A DNA stretch of 64,000 nucleotides. Origin: Lytechinus pictus (Eukaryota). The notes under the pieces were generated by a model. It saw only the letters and a program-made list of their open reading frames with translations. It was not told the origin of the DNA and made no database searches. The stretch is taken from positions 17,176,001-17,240,000 of the forward strand of contig NC_087245.1 in assembly GCF_037042905.1 (NCBI RefSeq), given 5' to 3'. How positions within the stretch are numbered: position 1 is the first letter of the stretch; each line of letters opens with the position of its first letter. The position numbers and the translations under genes are program-made. Shown piece after piece: positions 13,901 to 25,941 of the stretch.

Positions 13901-15147
13901 TTATATTTATTAGATGAAAATTATTTAAATACATAAATTGTAATAACATATATGATGAATACATTATAAATATTAGAAAGGTTAACTAAAATAGTATATT
14001 AGAATTAATTTCAAACATTATAATGATTTATTGTTCCAACGATTCCATTGATCAAAATATTTTCTTTAAATCTCTCTGTATTCAATATCTTTCTTATGGA
14101 TTTATTTTATTATCCTCGGAAATAATATACATGTATTTCATGAGTTAGAGATTGTTGAGTAGAGGTGATTGGCCCCCTTTTGAATCAATCAATGATATAT
14201 TGCAATCAGATTACATCCCATTTTCCTCAGAAAGCATTTCGTCAGTTTAGGGTTATATTAGGTTTGGTAAATTTAAATGGAATTTATTTATTCTTTGAAT
14301 TGCAGAGCACATAACAGCTGATTTGCATTGTTGTGTAGTCCTCATAAAACCATCTAATATTAGGTCCCATAGCTGTATAACTGCTATAATTATAATTTCA
14401 ATTTACGCTCTTTTACTCTGTGACATACAGAAAACAGCGACCGCAGTCCGAGCAATCGGCAGAATGGCATCTTTGTCACTGTTTGGTAGCAGCAAGAAAT
14501 CTGGTGAGAATAGCAACAACCTGCGAAGCCAATCATCGCCCTCATCGAAAGACAAATCGCCATCGACACCGACAACGCCATCAATGATCACGGAAGACGA
14601 GGACAAAGCGATAAACAATGATGCTCAGATAGAGAAGCGCTCCGGGCCAATGCACAAAGACGAGTCGAAAGAAATGGTCGCTGAAGCTATCGTTAGTAAA
14701 GTCCAGGAAAATGAGCATGATTCTAAAATAACAGACAATGATGTGACATCGAATGAGCGACAAAATGGCGACGACGAGAGCGACGATGAATCGGAGGAGG
14801 AAGTAGAAGATGATATCGACGGTCCAGGCAAACAAGATTTAAATCAGAACATTCCAGGCGCACCTCATTTTATCAAGGAAATGGTGGACTGTGAGGTCTT
14901 CGAAGGGGACAGCGCCCGCTTTGATTGCCAGGTAGCAGGCGACCCGGAGCCTGATATCAAATGGTTACAAGATGGCGAGGAGATTGAGGAGAGCTCAAGA
15001 TTTATCTTTGACTACGATGATGATGGTATGTGCTCCCTCATTATTAGGAGGATCCAGGAAGATGACGAGGGCGAATATTGTATAAAAGCGACCAACTCTA
15101 AAGGCGAGGCATCGTGCATTGCCGATTTACTTGTCGAAGGATTTTAA
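1871..15147 (+). CDS. MYLK: Myosin light chain kinase (smooth-muscle/non-muscle MLCK type), 5'-incomplete multi-exon gene
   Basis: Phase-consistent GT-AG exons 1871-1987, 3109-3786, 7365-7646, 8059-8388, 8914-9004, 9509-9712, 10128-10469, 11279-11431, 11813-11936, 14431-15147. They give Ig-Ig-Ig-FN3-kinase (GKGRFG, HLDLKPEN, DFG, GTPEFVAPE), a CaM-binding segment ARRRWQKTATAVRAIGR and a C-terminal Ig, which is the MLCK domain order. Confidence 0.93.
3109..3786 (+). CDS. MYLK: MLCK exon: Pro/Ser/Thr-rich linker plus I-set Ig domain
   Basis: TAG acceptor, GTGAGT donor; PPCFLEPL...CKVVGEPEPEIYWYKDG...DAGEYTCKAVN. Confidence 0.9.
7365..7646 (+). CDS. MYLK: MLCK exon: I-set Ig domain
   Basis: CAG acceptor, GTAGGA donor, phase 1-1; ...PEPDVVMWSKN...DDGGRYNLLVENDLG. 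Confidence 0.88.
8059..8388 (+). CDS. MYLK: MLCK exon: fibronectin type III domain
   Basis: DKPDPP...LSWTGSSYDGGSRITGYVIE...LRPETEYLFRVSSENEYG; CAG acceptor, GTAAGA donor. Confidence 0.9.
8522..8704. mobile_element. Degenerate MITE-like inverted repeat in an MLCK intron
   Basis: AAATCTAAA..GTGGAAAATCTACACAGG versus CCTGTGTAGATTTTCCGCATTTAGATTT, plus inner CTCTTAAATT/AATTTAAGAG. Confidence 0.5.
8914..9004 (+). CDS. MYLK: MLCK exon: linker into kinase N-lobe
   Basis: DVEEIEFRHVTIKSDKEFSEKYQIKDVLGK; TAG acceptor, GTAAGT donor; phases match both neighbours (too short for the ORF track). Confidence 0.85.
9509..9712 (+). CDS. MYLK: MLCK exon: kinase subdomains I-V
   Basis: GRFGTVHKC...YAAKMIK...VKNEIGIMNKLHHAKLLQCLDAFE; CAG acceptor, GTAAGT donor. 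Confidence 0.92.
10128..10469 (+). CDS. MYLK: MLCK exon: kinase catalytic and activation loops
   Basis: GGELFERV, HLDLKPENI, DFGLAR, FGTPEFVAPE, DMWSVGVI; TAG acceptor, GTAAGT donor. Confidence 0.93.
10660..10870 (-). mobile_element. tRNA-derived SINE
   Basis: Minus strand has A box TAGCTCAGTCGGTAGAGCG and B box GGTTCGATTCC, then a non-tRNA body (GTGCCCTTTGGTAAGGCATTTATCCTC...). Its 3' tail recurs at 45611-45653. Confidence 0.8.
11279..11431 (+). CDS. MYLK: MLCK exon: kinase C-lobe
   Basis: LSGLSPFMGDNDAETLNNVT...FDTISEDAKTFI; TAG acceptor, GTGAGT donor. Confidence 0.92.
11813..11936 (+). CDS. MYLK: MLCK exon: kinase end, autoinhibitory segment and first half of CaM-binding helix
   Basis: ERMTAAECLQHKWL...KLKNFVARRRWQ; CAG acceptor, GTAAGC donor, phase 0 end. 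Confidence 0.9.
12856..12912 (+). CDS. Candidate alternatively spliced 57-nt MLCK cassette exon (SDSSESNQESTNDDSSDET)
   Basis: Long pyrimidine tract then AACAG acceptor, ACA/GTATGT donor, stop-free, phase 0-0 matching the flanking MLCK exons; no transcript evidence. Confidence 0.55.
14431..15147 (+). CDS. MYLK: MLCK terminal coding exon: second half of CaM-binding helix, acidic linker, telokin-like Ig domain, stop
   Basis: CAG acceptor at 14430; KTATAVRAIGRMAS...PHFIKEM...ARFDCQVAGDPEPDIKWLQDG...DEGEYCIKATN; TAA at 15145-15147. Confidence 0.92.
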   Translation, partial: KTATAVRAIGRMASLSLFGSSKKSGENSNNLRSQSSPSSKDKSPSTPTTPSMITEDEDKAINNDAQIEKRSGPMHKDESKEMVAEAIVSKVQENEHDSKITDNDVTSNERQNGDDESDDESEEEVEDDIDGPGKQDLNQNIPGAPHFIKEMVDCEVFEGDSARFDCQVAGDPEPDIKWLQDGEEIEESSRFIFDYDDDGMCSLIIRRIQEDDEGEYCIKATNSKGEASCIADLLVEGF

Positions 15148-18100
15148 TAACTACTTTACTATGTGAACTTATTACTTGCGATGCTGACATTTTTACATGA
15201 AAGGATTATTGGATAGCTATTTACGTTGTATAGATAATAATCTCTGATGTTAAGTGTGTAGATTTTAGATATTTGTACAAATAAATACTTATGAAAATTG
15301 GATTTGAAGAAAACTGCCATTTAGCCTTCAGATGGTGTCTTGGCAAAGTGACCTTATGGAAACGAGTTAACTTGGTTATGATCCCACCAGATTTTGTTGC
15401 ATTGAAATAATTATGAAACCACCGTGAAAATAGCGTTGTTATTAAAAGTTTCTTCTTATCAGTGATTTATATTAAAATGTGAATATTTTAATTACCGAAA
15501 ACAGACGCAACATAAAAATATATTACATATATGCACACCTGGATTGTATAACCTCCGTATATAAACTTTTTATATGTACATGTGTATGTTTTTTTAACAA
15601 ATCAAATGGATCACTTTCAATATTTACACAATCATGGTAATTCGAAATAACATTATAAAAAGAAAAATATAAAATTGAAACAAAATAAGTTCTTATGTGA
15701 ACTTTTCACCCAAGTTTTATGTATTTTTTAGATGAAATTAAATTGAATTGTGAGTGTGGTGAGTATAGATCATTAATGAGAACGATGTAAAGGTTTGATA
15801 ATATAGTCATAAAGTTTGAATAATGTATAGATACATATATTTTCCGTAAGGATTCATCGTGATGTATTCAGGAATTTATTCCCTCCGAGCTGCCAAACTG
15901 TAAGGAGGATTTGATCTCTAAAGAGAAAAATAATTATGTAGAATGATGTACAGTTCATAACGGAAATATTAACGTATTTTTTATGCGTAAACACGATGTA
16001 GAGTACATGTATATAGTAAGACTTTAATAATAGCATATAAGCGATATTTTGATTCGTAATGTTTTATCTAATCTATCGATGTAAGTGAAGTTTCATTGAC
16101 ATAACGCCTTATCTATTTTGTAAAGATATTTTATGAACGTTGTATATTCTGGGCGTTCCTAGTGACGTTACCCCCTCTTTCCCTTCCCTTTTTCTACCCA
16201 CCCGTCCCTCTTTCCCTTTCTCTTCTTCTTGCATTTATACACCCCCCCCCCCTTTCCTCCATGCCAATCTCCATTTTTATCAATGAGAAGTGTTGGTTGC
16301 ATTATGTTGGGATTATTTTGTTAACTTTGAAGAATATGATGCTAACTTATTTAGAAGCACATGCCTAATCTGATACTATAAGGCTTTTTATTAATCTACA
16401 AGGTATTATTTATGTCACGATTTGAATTTTTATCACTGTCATATTCAATCTGATATATTCCTTTCAGTTCTGATTTTGCCGCTAGATGAGACCGGGGTCG
16501 GTGCCACAGTTAGCTAAATCAAAGAGTTTGGATCATACATTATGATTTTCTTATGATAAAGGAAGAGGGAGAGAAAAGCTATATACTAGAACGAAATGTT
16601 GAAATGTATCGATAAGAGAATGCCTGATCGAAGAGCTCTATGAAACACATATTTTTTCATTGAGAAAAAGGAAAGCATGAAATAAGCCTATCTGTCCAAT
16701 TTAAAAAAATGATAATTCGTGTATCCTTATAAGAATCATAAGCCATAATTATTATCATTGTATGTTTGTTTTTAATGTCCAGTCGATGGTATTTTATTAT
16801 ATATATATATTTATAGTTTGTAGACTTTTTTTAGCTTTCAGTTCAGCACTTTTTAAAGCACAATGAAATGTGACTCACACGTCGACTTCAGTATTCTTTT
16901 CGTTCCATTCCTAAAAATGCATAATGACCAAATCATTATTATTCATTCCTTAATTATAGGACACTTCCATTGTGACAAAAACAACTATTCCAGATTTACA
17001 AAGACGGTGTGTGTAAGTGTGTATATAGTTTATTGTCATTTTGACGAATATAGACTTTATTTTGTTCAAGGTGATGTTTGATAATATTAGAATTTCAGTT
17101 TGTGATAATGATGCAATTATTATGTAACACTTGCTTATTTGCTTGGTTTCCATGACATTATGAAGCGAAATATTGTAGTATCAAGTCTAAATTAAACACT
17201 ATCGAACCTAACATTATTAAGTTGCTACCATTGATATTAGTGTCAATTTGCTCTTCCAATTCGATTGACAAGTAAATGGGATCACGTGATTGTGTAGCTT
17301 TATGTATTCCAGATGATTATTGTATATTTTGTATATAAATTTGCAGAAAAAAGAATGACTGCAAATGAGCGATAATACACCAATTAAGACTCATGTTGTA
17401 AAGTTGAAGTTGTGAAGATAGTATTGCTTCCATTATATTATATGGCATTGGTAATATACGAATATACTATGCATGTTGTTACTTTTGGCTATTTACAATA
17501 TTTTTGTCATTTTATTCATAATGAATAACCGTTATCATCATCCTAGAAAATATGATTTTGTATCCTTTTCTGAAATGTATTAAAGACAGGTAAAACACAA
17601 AACCTGGAAATCGTCGTTTGTGGTTTATTCATGCAGAGTTTATGATTGATAATTTTGGCAAACATATGTGTTTGCTCAAGAGAGTAGGGCCTGGCGCTGA
17701 TCCATCTTTTCATAATTTGGGGAGGGTTTTGGCACTTGTTACTTTTTTTTTTTAAATGGGGGTTCTTGTTCCAGAGATATAATGAAATTTGCGTCAGTAT
17801 ATTGATTGTGAAAAAGGAGGAAATTTAAAAGTTCACATATTTTCACGAAGTCATGAGCTATAATGCCTTGTCATTTTGGGTCAAAATGGCAATTTTCATG
17901 ATTTTCTGCAATAATGATCAAACGCCCTTCAGATTGACACAGAGGGTATGATATTAAAATTCATTACATTTAGGATAATGTGATACAATTATAAAATTTA
18001 AAAACTGACAATTTTCGAAACGCTCATAAGCTAACCGTTTTCATTTTTGGTCAAGAATTACAATCGTCAAGATATTATGAAATAAAACGCCCATCAAATT

Positions 18101-18286
18101 GACACATGGGGTATGAAATGAATCTTAATTACTTCCGGAGTTTCAATTGTGAGAAAATCAGGATATTTAAGATTTAAATTTAGATATTTTCATATTAATT
18201 CGTTGGGAGAGAATGCTCCACCCCCCCCTTGCCAAAAGGTTGCTCATCCGCTCCATTTGTCTCTCTGACAATTGCCAATCCATTAA

Positions 18287-18870
18287 AGGAGAATGAAACC
18301 CTTGAAACCAGCTGAATCCATATCAAAGAGAAAAATCAAAGAAACATATTGTTGAAAGTTTGAGGAAGATTGAATGAATAATAAGAAAGTTATGAGCATT
18401 TGAATATTGAGATCACTAATGCCATGTAGATCCTCCCATTGGCAATGCGACCAAGATCTGTGATGTCACACACGTACAACTCCCTCATTACTTTAGTACT
18501 TATTTCACTTATATTCTCACTTTTAAAGAGTCTATCACAAGGTGAGGTGTTCTCTTTATGAGAGGACAAGTACAGATGTTTCACAACATTATATCATTGA
18601 TGAATCGTTTGTCATATGATTAGAATGAGCAAAAAGAGATGTTTTGGGGTATATTTTCAGTGTCCAAAAGGGGAGAGTTGTTCATCTGTGACATCATAGA
18701 TCTTGGTCGCATTGCCAATAGGAGGATCTCCATAGCATTAGTGATCTCGACATTCAAATGCTCATAACTCTTCTATTGCTAGTCCTATTTTACTCAAACT
18801 TTTGTTGATCTTATTCTTTGATTTTTCTGCTTTCACAAAAGCTAACTTTCTCCAAGAGTTTCATTCTCCT
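18287..18870. mobile_element. Kolobok-type (TTAA) non-autonomous DNA transposon/MITE
   Basis: TTAA on both flanks, AGGAGAATGAAAC...GTTTCATTCTCCT termini, imperfect inverted arms of about 190 bp. Confidence 0.8.
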
Positions 18871-20839
18871 TTAACCTTTTTTTACCAAAATATCATGGGA
18901 CCAATCTCGTCATCCCTCCCCCTCTCTCTCTCTCTTTCTCTCTCTGGGGGCATAAAGTATGAATACTCCCTGTCCCAGTTAGCAGGATAATAAACCCTAA
19001 TATATATTTTAAGTATTTAAATGGGCTATATTATTATGGAATATTTCGACTGGTTTATGATCAAAATAAAACCTTATTTAAAAGTCAATGGAATCGTAAA
19101 ATTCATAAATGGACTACTCTCGTGATGTAGCGGATTTCATATAAATTTCCTTTCATATATCTTCCATTTTACAAATGTTTTTGACCATGAATTCATACAA
19201 AGCCAGTTTGTCATAAGTATAGTTATGTTTGTAGGAGAGATCACTTTGTCCCTAAGAGAGAAAGCCTGTAAAAGGATACGCCTGTAGACATGTCTACAGT
19301 ACAGGCAATTTTTATTAAGCATGAGCGACCGAGCGTGAAATTTTCGGTTCTAAAATGCAAAATTAGGCCATTTGATGATTAGAAAAATAAGATTTCTATC
19401 TTGAAAAGTGTGTGTGATAATTTTACAGGCCACCCCCCCCGGATTTATGCTTGTTATTCATGACTTTATAAGGGCAATTATAAGGAGAAAACTCGTAAAA
19501 TACATAACCCTGAAATAGTTGCCTTTTTTTCATTTTAGAAGCATTATTTTTTAATGAATGTAAATATATATATACATACATACACCCGTACATACTAACC
19601 GCGTAGCCAGGATTTCATTTTGGAGGGGGCGGTAAATGCACGCGAAGCGCGCTCCCTAGGGGGTGGGTGCAGGTAGTTACCCCCTCCCGCGCGAAGCGCG
19701 AAGCTTTTGGTGTTTCATAAATTAAAATGAAAAGGAACCGTCTCTCTTGTCTCTAGTACCTATATCAGCTCCAATTCACTTGACTATATTGTGATTTTGA
19801 ACCTTGTTTTCATGAACCTTGTTTTCAAAAGTGATTGTGAACGCACAAAAAAGGAATACAATGGAGGAAATTAATATAATAATAACCCCGCGCAAAGTGC
19901 GGAAGCTGAAGCGTTTTATTTTTTTTTGCCATGAAAAGGGTCCCGAGAAAAGGGTATTCTCGAATACTTCCCTTGGAAAGATCAGATTTGATTACAAACA
20001 ATGTAGCGACAGTGCATATCTTTAACTCGCAAAACAGAGGAGAAGAAATGTATATGCCGGGAGGAAGATATTCCTCCCCGCGCAGAGCAATGAAACTCTG
20101 GAATTTCAAAGAGCGGACGTTTCATCAAATGCAGATATCCCATCGGCTCTAATTCGATTGATTTTCTAAGATTATTGAACTTCATTACAAGGAAAATAGT
20201 GCGCAACAAGTTGAAACTTCTGTGATTTATTGAAATTATATAAAAAGGATGCCTAATTTCTTTGACTTATCCTGAAGCGCTTCATTTTGAATTATAAAGA
20301 AACTTATGTGTCATTCAAAATTTCAAGCTGAGGGTGCAAAACAGGACAGGAGATGAATGTGCAGGGAAATGACATGAAGTTTAATAGAATTTTATTTAAA
20401 AATATTGTACTTTTTTATTTAATACGACACGAATTTTATACCTTCCTCTTTTAAAATTAGGAACATGTTTGCCCCAAAATTATGGTTGCTTAGTAATGAG
20501 CTGAAAAGCGGGAGAAGTTGACTTTATGGAGGTGACGGCAGAAATTGATATAAAGATTTTACCCGCCTGGAGCCGACCCGACCAGAAGTTGCGCGATCAA
20601 TTAAAAAAAAGATATTAACTTTATATACTTCGGCCTAACCTTACTCTAATTCCATGCGCTAATGTATACATTTGAACTTTAACTGGCAAGAGACACATAT
20701 AGCTGAGGTGGAAAAACAGGGTTGGGAAACAATGGAGAACTTCAGTATTGTCATGTAACCACGCGCAGCGCGGAAGCAAAATTCATATTTAGTGGAGCGG
20801 TTATGTGACAAAAAATGGCCAAGATGCTCGGATCTGGCA

Positions 20840-23150
20840 GAAAGTGTGAAATTTGGCATACAGGGGTATTTTTGGGCGCTGATTAAAAAAATTGCCGGCC
20901 CCAAGCAATTTGACCATCGGGTCGGCCGCCATTTTGAAATCCAAGATGGCCGCCATGAAATATCATTAAATGTCAATTTCTTGAGTTTTACATGGCATGT
21001 GACACTGAAATTTGGCATATAGGGGTATTTTGAGGCACTGATTTCAAATATTGCCGGCCCCCAGCAATTTGACCATTTGGTCGGCGGCTAAATGGCCGCC
21101 ATTTTGAAATCCAAGATGGCCGCCATGAACAATCATTAAATGTCATTTTCTTGAGTTTTACATGATATGTGACACTGAAATTTGGCATACAGGGGTATTT
21201 TTGGGCGCTGATTAAAAAAATTGCCGGCCCCAAGCAATTTGACCATCGGGTCGGCCGCCATTTTGAAATCCAAGATGGCCGCCATGAAATATCATTAAAT
21301 GTCAATTTCTTGAGTTTTACATGACGTGTGACATTGAAATTTGGTATGTTGTGGTATATTTAGGCACTGATTTCAAATATTGCCGTCCCCCCCAGCAATT
21401 TGACCACTTGGTCAGCGGCTAAATGGCCGCCATTTTGAAATCCAAGATGGCCGCCATGAACAATCATTAAATGTCATTTTCTTGAGTTTTACATGATATG
21501 TGACACTGAAATTTGGCATATAGGCTTAATTTGGGGTTCTGATTTCAAATATTGCCAACCCCAAGTGATTTGACCATCGGGTCGGCCGCCATTTTGAAAT
21601 CCAAGATGGCCGCCATGAGAAATCATTAATGTCACTTTCTTGAGTTTTACATGATTTGTGACACTGAAATTTGGTATGTTGGCGTATTTTTAGGCACTGA
21701 TTTCAAATATTGCCGGCCCCCAGCAATTTGACCACTTGGTCAGCGGCTAAATTGCAGCAATTTTGAAATTCAAGATGGCCGCCATGAAAAATCATTAAAT
21801 GTCATTTTCTTAAGTTTTACATGATATGTGACACTAAAAATTTGGCATATAGGCTTAATTCGGGGTGCTGATTTCAAATATTGCCGGCCTCAAGCGATTT
21901 GACCATCGGGTCAGCCGCCATTTGAAATCAAGATGGCCGCCATGAAAAATCTTTGAACTCATTTTCTTGAATTTTACATATGTGCCACTGAAATTTGTAG
22001 TATATCGGTATCTGGGTGAGTTAATTTAAAAAATTGCTGGCTCCAAGCAATCTGACAATTGGTCGGCGGAAAAATGGCCATCAACTTGAATTCGAAGCTG
22101 GCTGCCATAGAAATATTGCAATTATTTTGTTGAGTTTTATATGATCTGCGGTATTGCACTTTGACATATAGAAGTAGTGTGGGGAGCTTATTTCAAATAT
22201 TGCTGGCCCGCAGCGATCTGATCCCCTGAGTCAGGGTTATACGGGCCAAAGATTTTCATTCGAGCCAACCCATTTAATTCTCAATTTTTAATTTTGATAT
22301 TGCTGATTTACAAAAATGAATGAATACATGTATGATTGATATTCTAACACTGATTCTAGGGAGGGTAACTTTACTGAACTTCCCTTTTTTCAAATTGGGA
22401 AGATATATCACCACTTTGGAACTATTTTTATACTGGCGGGAGAAGTATTGCCATTTTACTGTCTCAAGTGATGAATTTGATCCTGTCAGGTGTAGTCTTC
22501 ATAAATGCCGATTTATTTTTAAAATGAGCTGGTCGAGGTACCCTTTTCTGGTCAGATATGGAATGTCCAACATATATCCTATCCACTGGTAGTAAACACT
22601 AAACCCTCGAATTTCATCCTTTTTTTTAGAGCGCCTCTTTAACACACGAGTATATGGGAAATGTTTTAGGCCCGTGATCCCTTAGCTGCAAAATGGCAGC
22701 CATCTTGAAATCCAAGATGGCTGCCATAAAAAAATCATTATAAAAATCAAGTATCATAATTATAACGTAGGTATTATTTTGAAATTTGGCATCTTGGGGT
22801 ATTGAAATTTCCCCCAGTAATCTGTCCAATAGATATGCTGCAAAATGGCCATTATCTTTAAATCTAGAGAGGATCGACTGTCATGAAAATTCATTAAAAT
22901 CATTTTCTTGAGTTCTAAATAATTTGAGGCACTGCATTTTAGACATACAGGCAGGTTTTGGCTTGCTGGTTTTAGAATATTGCTGCCCCAGTGATTGATC
23001 CACCGGGTCAGCTGAAAATGACCGTCACTTTGAAATCTAAGATGGCTACTACGAAATATCTTTTAAAAATGTTTTCCTGAATTCTACATTACCTGTGACA
23101 CTGTAAATTGGTATTAAGAAGCAAAAACTTGTATTGTATGTTAATTTCAA
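20840..23150 (+). repeat. Left-arm tandem array (alternating ~170/~159-bp units, decaying inward)
   Basis: CAAGATGGCCGCCATG recurs at about 20941, 21111, 21270, 21442, 21601, 21770, 21928. Confidence 0.9.
22234..22681. mobile_element. Harbinger/PIF-like MITE inserted in the left arm only
   Basis: Imperfect TIRs GGGTTATACGGGCCAAA / TTTAGGCCCGTGATCCC, TCA/TTA flanks; the empty site is visible in the right arm near 28335. Confidence 0.55.
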
Positions 23151-23564
23151 ATATGGATAGATAATGAACATATAACACATAACACACTTTATCTGCCATT
23201 TCAAATTCCATATGACCCATCATGACACAAAGGACATGATTACCTAGCTTAGTTCTAAATATTGATTATTGTGGGGGAAAATAAGGACAATATGATAGCA
23301 CTAATCAAAATTCATGTATGGTATAACTGATGGTAATCCATTTATTATTGATATCAATCATTTATATGCTAGACGGTTGACAGTGAATCTTACAGATCTC
23401 CAGGAATTACTTAGGAACGATTCAATTGATAGTCATGTGTTCGACAATCTGACAATGGGAGCATGTTCGCCACACAATCGGGACATCAAGCCCCGACAGC
23501 ATCAGACCAAAAGATGTTAAAAGAGGGGAGTTGCTTCTACCCTGTTTGGCGGTCAACGAATTAA

Positions 23565-24028
23565 AGGGGAAGTTCACCCTGACAAAAAGTTTATTGAAAC
23601 AATAACAGAATAAATAATGAAAACAAAAATTGAAGGTTTGAGGAAATTCCATCAAATATTTAAAAGCTATTGGAATTTCATTTGGTGTATTTGTGACGTC
23701 AGATGCAAGCAGTTCCCCATGTTTCTTATAGTACAAAAATCAATGAAATGTAGCCTCCTAAAAAAAATGAAATTTTTGTTATTGAACCCTCAGTATATCA
23801 ACAAACAAATGATTTCACACCCGCTCCAGAAAGAAAAAAATTACCCATGATGAACCATTTATGCATTTTATATCACACAACATAATGGGGCAGCTGCTCG
23901 TACAGTATATGACGTCACAAATTAAAAACTTAAAATTCTAATATCTTTGATGGATTTACCAATATCTTTTTTATATCATATTTTCTTGTGTTTTTACAAC
24001 AAACTTTTCTCCGGGGTGAACTTCCCTT
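23565..24028. mobile_element. Kolobok-type MITE nested in the foldback element
   Basis: TTAA-AGGGGAAGTTCACCC ... GGGTGAACTTCCCTT termini; internal TGTGACGTCA/TGACGTCACA symmetry. Confidence 0.7.
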
Positions 24029-25264
24029 TTCAAGGGATAGAGCAACTTCCGATGTGGCGCTGCTAAGTTGCTGCCGGGCTCACGAACTACAGGGTATGGG
24101 CAAAATAAATTTTCAGAGCATTTCTGTTACTGAATTCTATTTTGAACAATAAAATATGTATTATTATCATCCATCATTAATATTAATTTCATCATCATCA
24201 TCATTATCATCATACCACTATATAACCATTAACTCTTACTCTGCCAGGCCCAATACCCCTCTACTGCCAGGGATATTCGAGGGAACCCTAACTTGACCGA
24301 AATGTGAGCAGCGACTGATTTTAAAACGGTCATAATTCTTTACCCGTACATTGTATAATAAAACCTTCTACACATGAAATGATGCATGGTTCATGGGCTT
24401 TATGGTCGTGTTATTATCTTTCATATTCGCGTTTGGAAAAATGGAGAAAAGATGTAATATTTTACATCGTTTTTTTTTTCAATAAGTAAAACCTAGAAAA
24501 TTATGATTTCATGAACATTTCAAAGAGTAAATAACCTGAGGAATTGTAGAGATACCAAAAAAATAAGAAGATAAAATGAAAGTTCAATGTTTATCCTTTC
24601 AAATGACGTATCTATTAATGAAATTGAACAAAAAGAAATAACGAAAAATAATGCTCTTTTGAATAAAATACTATTTTGCTATTCAAGTTATTCCCTCTAC
24701 AGTACGATAAAGCGACCTGTTCCAAAAAAGGGCATTGTCGCCGATCAAGTGACCAATCACAGCACAGCTGCGATCCCCACGCAAACACACACAATAATAT
24801 ATTAGAGCCATGTATCTTCAAAGTGCTGCCAACCGTACCCTTTCATTCGTGTAGTCTTCAAAATAAGACTCTGTAATTTTTTTATTCGTAGTGTAACAAA
24901 CAAAGTTATGGCCAGTCAGAAGGAGACAAAATATAAAAGAACTAAAGATGATATATTGAAATATAGATAAAGAGGGGTCGGACAGTTTCAATACTTACAA
25001 GTTTGGGGTATAAAATCCCACAAAATAATATGGGCGTTCTTGGCAAAGTGCACATAAGTAAGAAAAAAAGGTTTATTTTTCGTGAATCAAAGAAGAGGGA
25101 ATGAAAATCAGTTACAAACAAAAAAATCAATACAAATTTTCAAAAAGAAAATAGGCCTATTTGTTCTGTATTACTGGTCTGACCAAAGTAGCCACCTGTT
25201 AACATTCTACGTGACTACATTCTTTTGGTCATGCCACCAAGTCATGAACAATAGATGCCCAGAC

Positions 25265-25941
25265 TCTCTTTCATGAGGAATCTCTAATCCGCGCTCCCTT
25301 CTGACCTATTTTATTGCCTCTCTCTCTTTCTTTTCATTCTACCCCAGTTCTCTAAACTCTTTGTTCCCCATCCTCCTTCCCCTCCTCTTCTTTCTCTTCC
25401 TCTTCTTCTTTTCGTTCTTCTTCTCTCTCCCTCCCCACTTTTATCTCTTTCTCTCTCTCTGAGTATTGTATACATGCATATGACAATTATTTTGATACTA
25501 TATTTTACTGTTGTGTTACTTTGTAGCATGATCATTGTTGTCACGTTCGACTATATTGCTTATTCTCTGCTTATGTAACATTGAAGTTCTCACAATATAT
25601 GCAACTCCATCTCCATAGGCTTGACTATCTGATAATAACATAAAGTTGTTTATTTAAATACGTTAACACTTCATATTGACTGGATATTATAATTGCACAT
25701 GGAAACAAACACTCTTTATTATTAAGTTCTTTGTTTTATTAAGTAATGCATCTAAACATATATTGCCATTTTATCTGATTTTATTTTGTATATTTGTAAA
25801 CCCCGACTAGTGAGGAGAGCTTCATAACAGAAACTAGTTTTTCTTTTAGTCATCCTCAGGCACTAGTCGGTGGTAATTTATTCCTCTTGTATATATTCTT
25901 ATTGTCTTTTGCCTGGAAATAAAATAAATAAAAAAAATAAA
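25265..25941 (+). mobile_element. 5'-truncated LINE 3' end (L2/CR1-group-like)
   Basis: Degenerate ORF2-end-like peptide (SFMRNL*SAL), pyrimidine-rich UTR, GAGGA...TCCTC stem, AATAAA/A-rich tail. Confidence 0.4.

Noticed and set aside
1871..15147. Titin/twitchin/DAPK identity for the kinase gene
   Set aside because: A single FN3 before the kinase, the RRRWQKT..AVRAIGR CaM helix and one terminal Ig fit MLCK; the size of the N-terminus outside the window is unknown
20840..22000. Arm arrays as a CRISPR array or as coding repeats (ORFs 20659-21018, 20792-21022, 20988-21305)
   Set aside because: Whole units repeat with no unique spacers; the ORFs are chance read-throughs of the repeat
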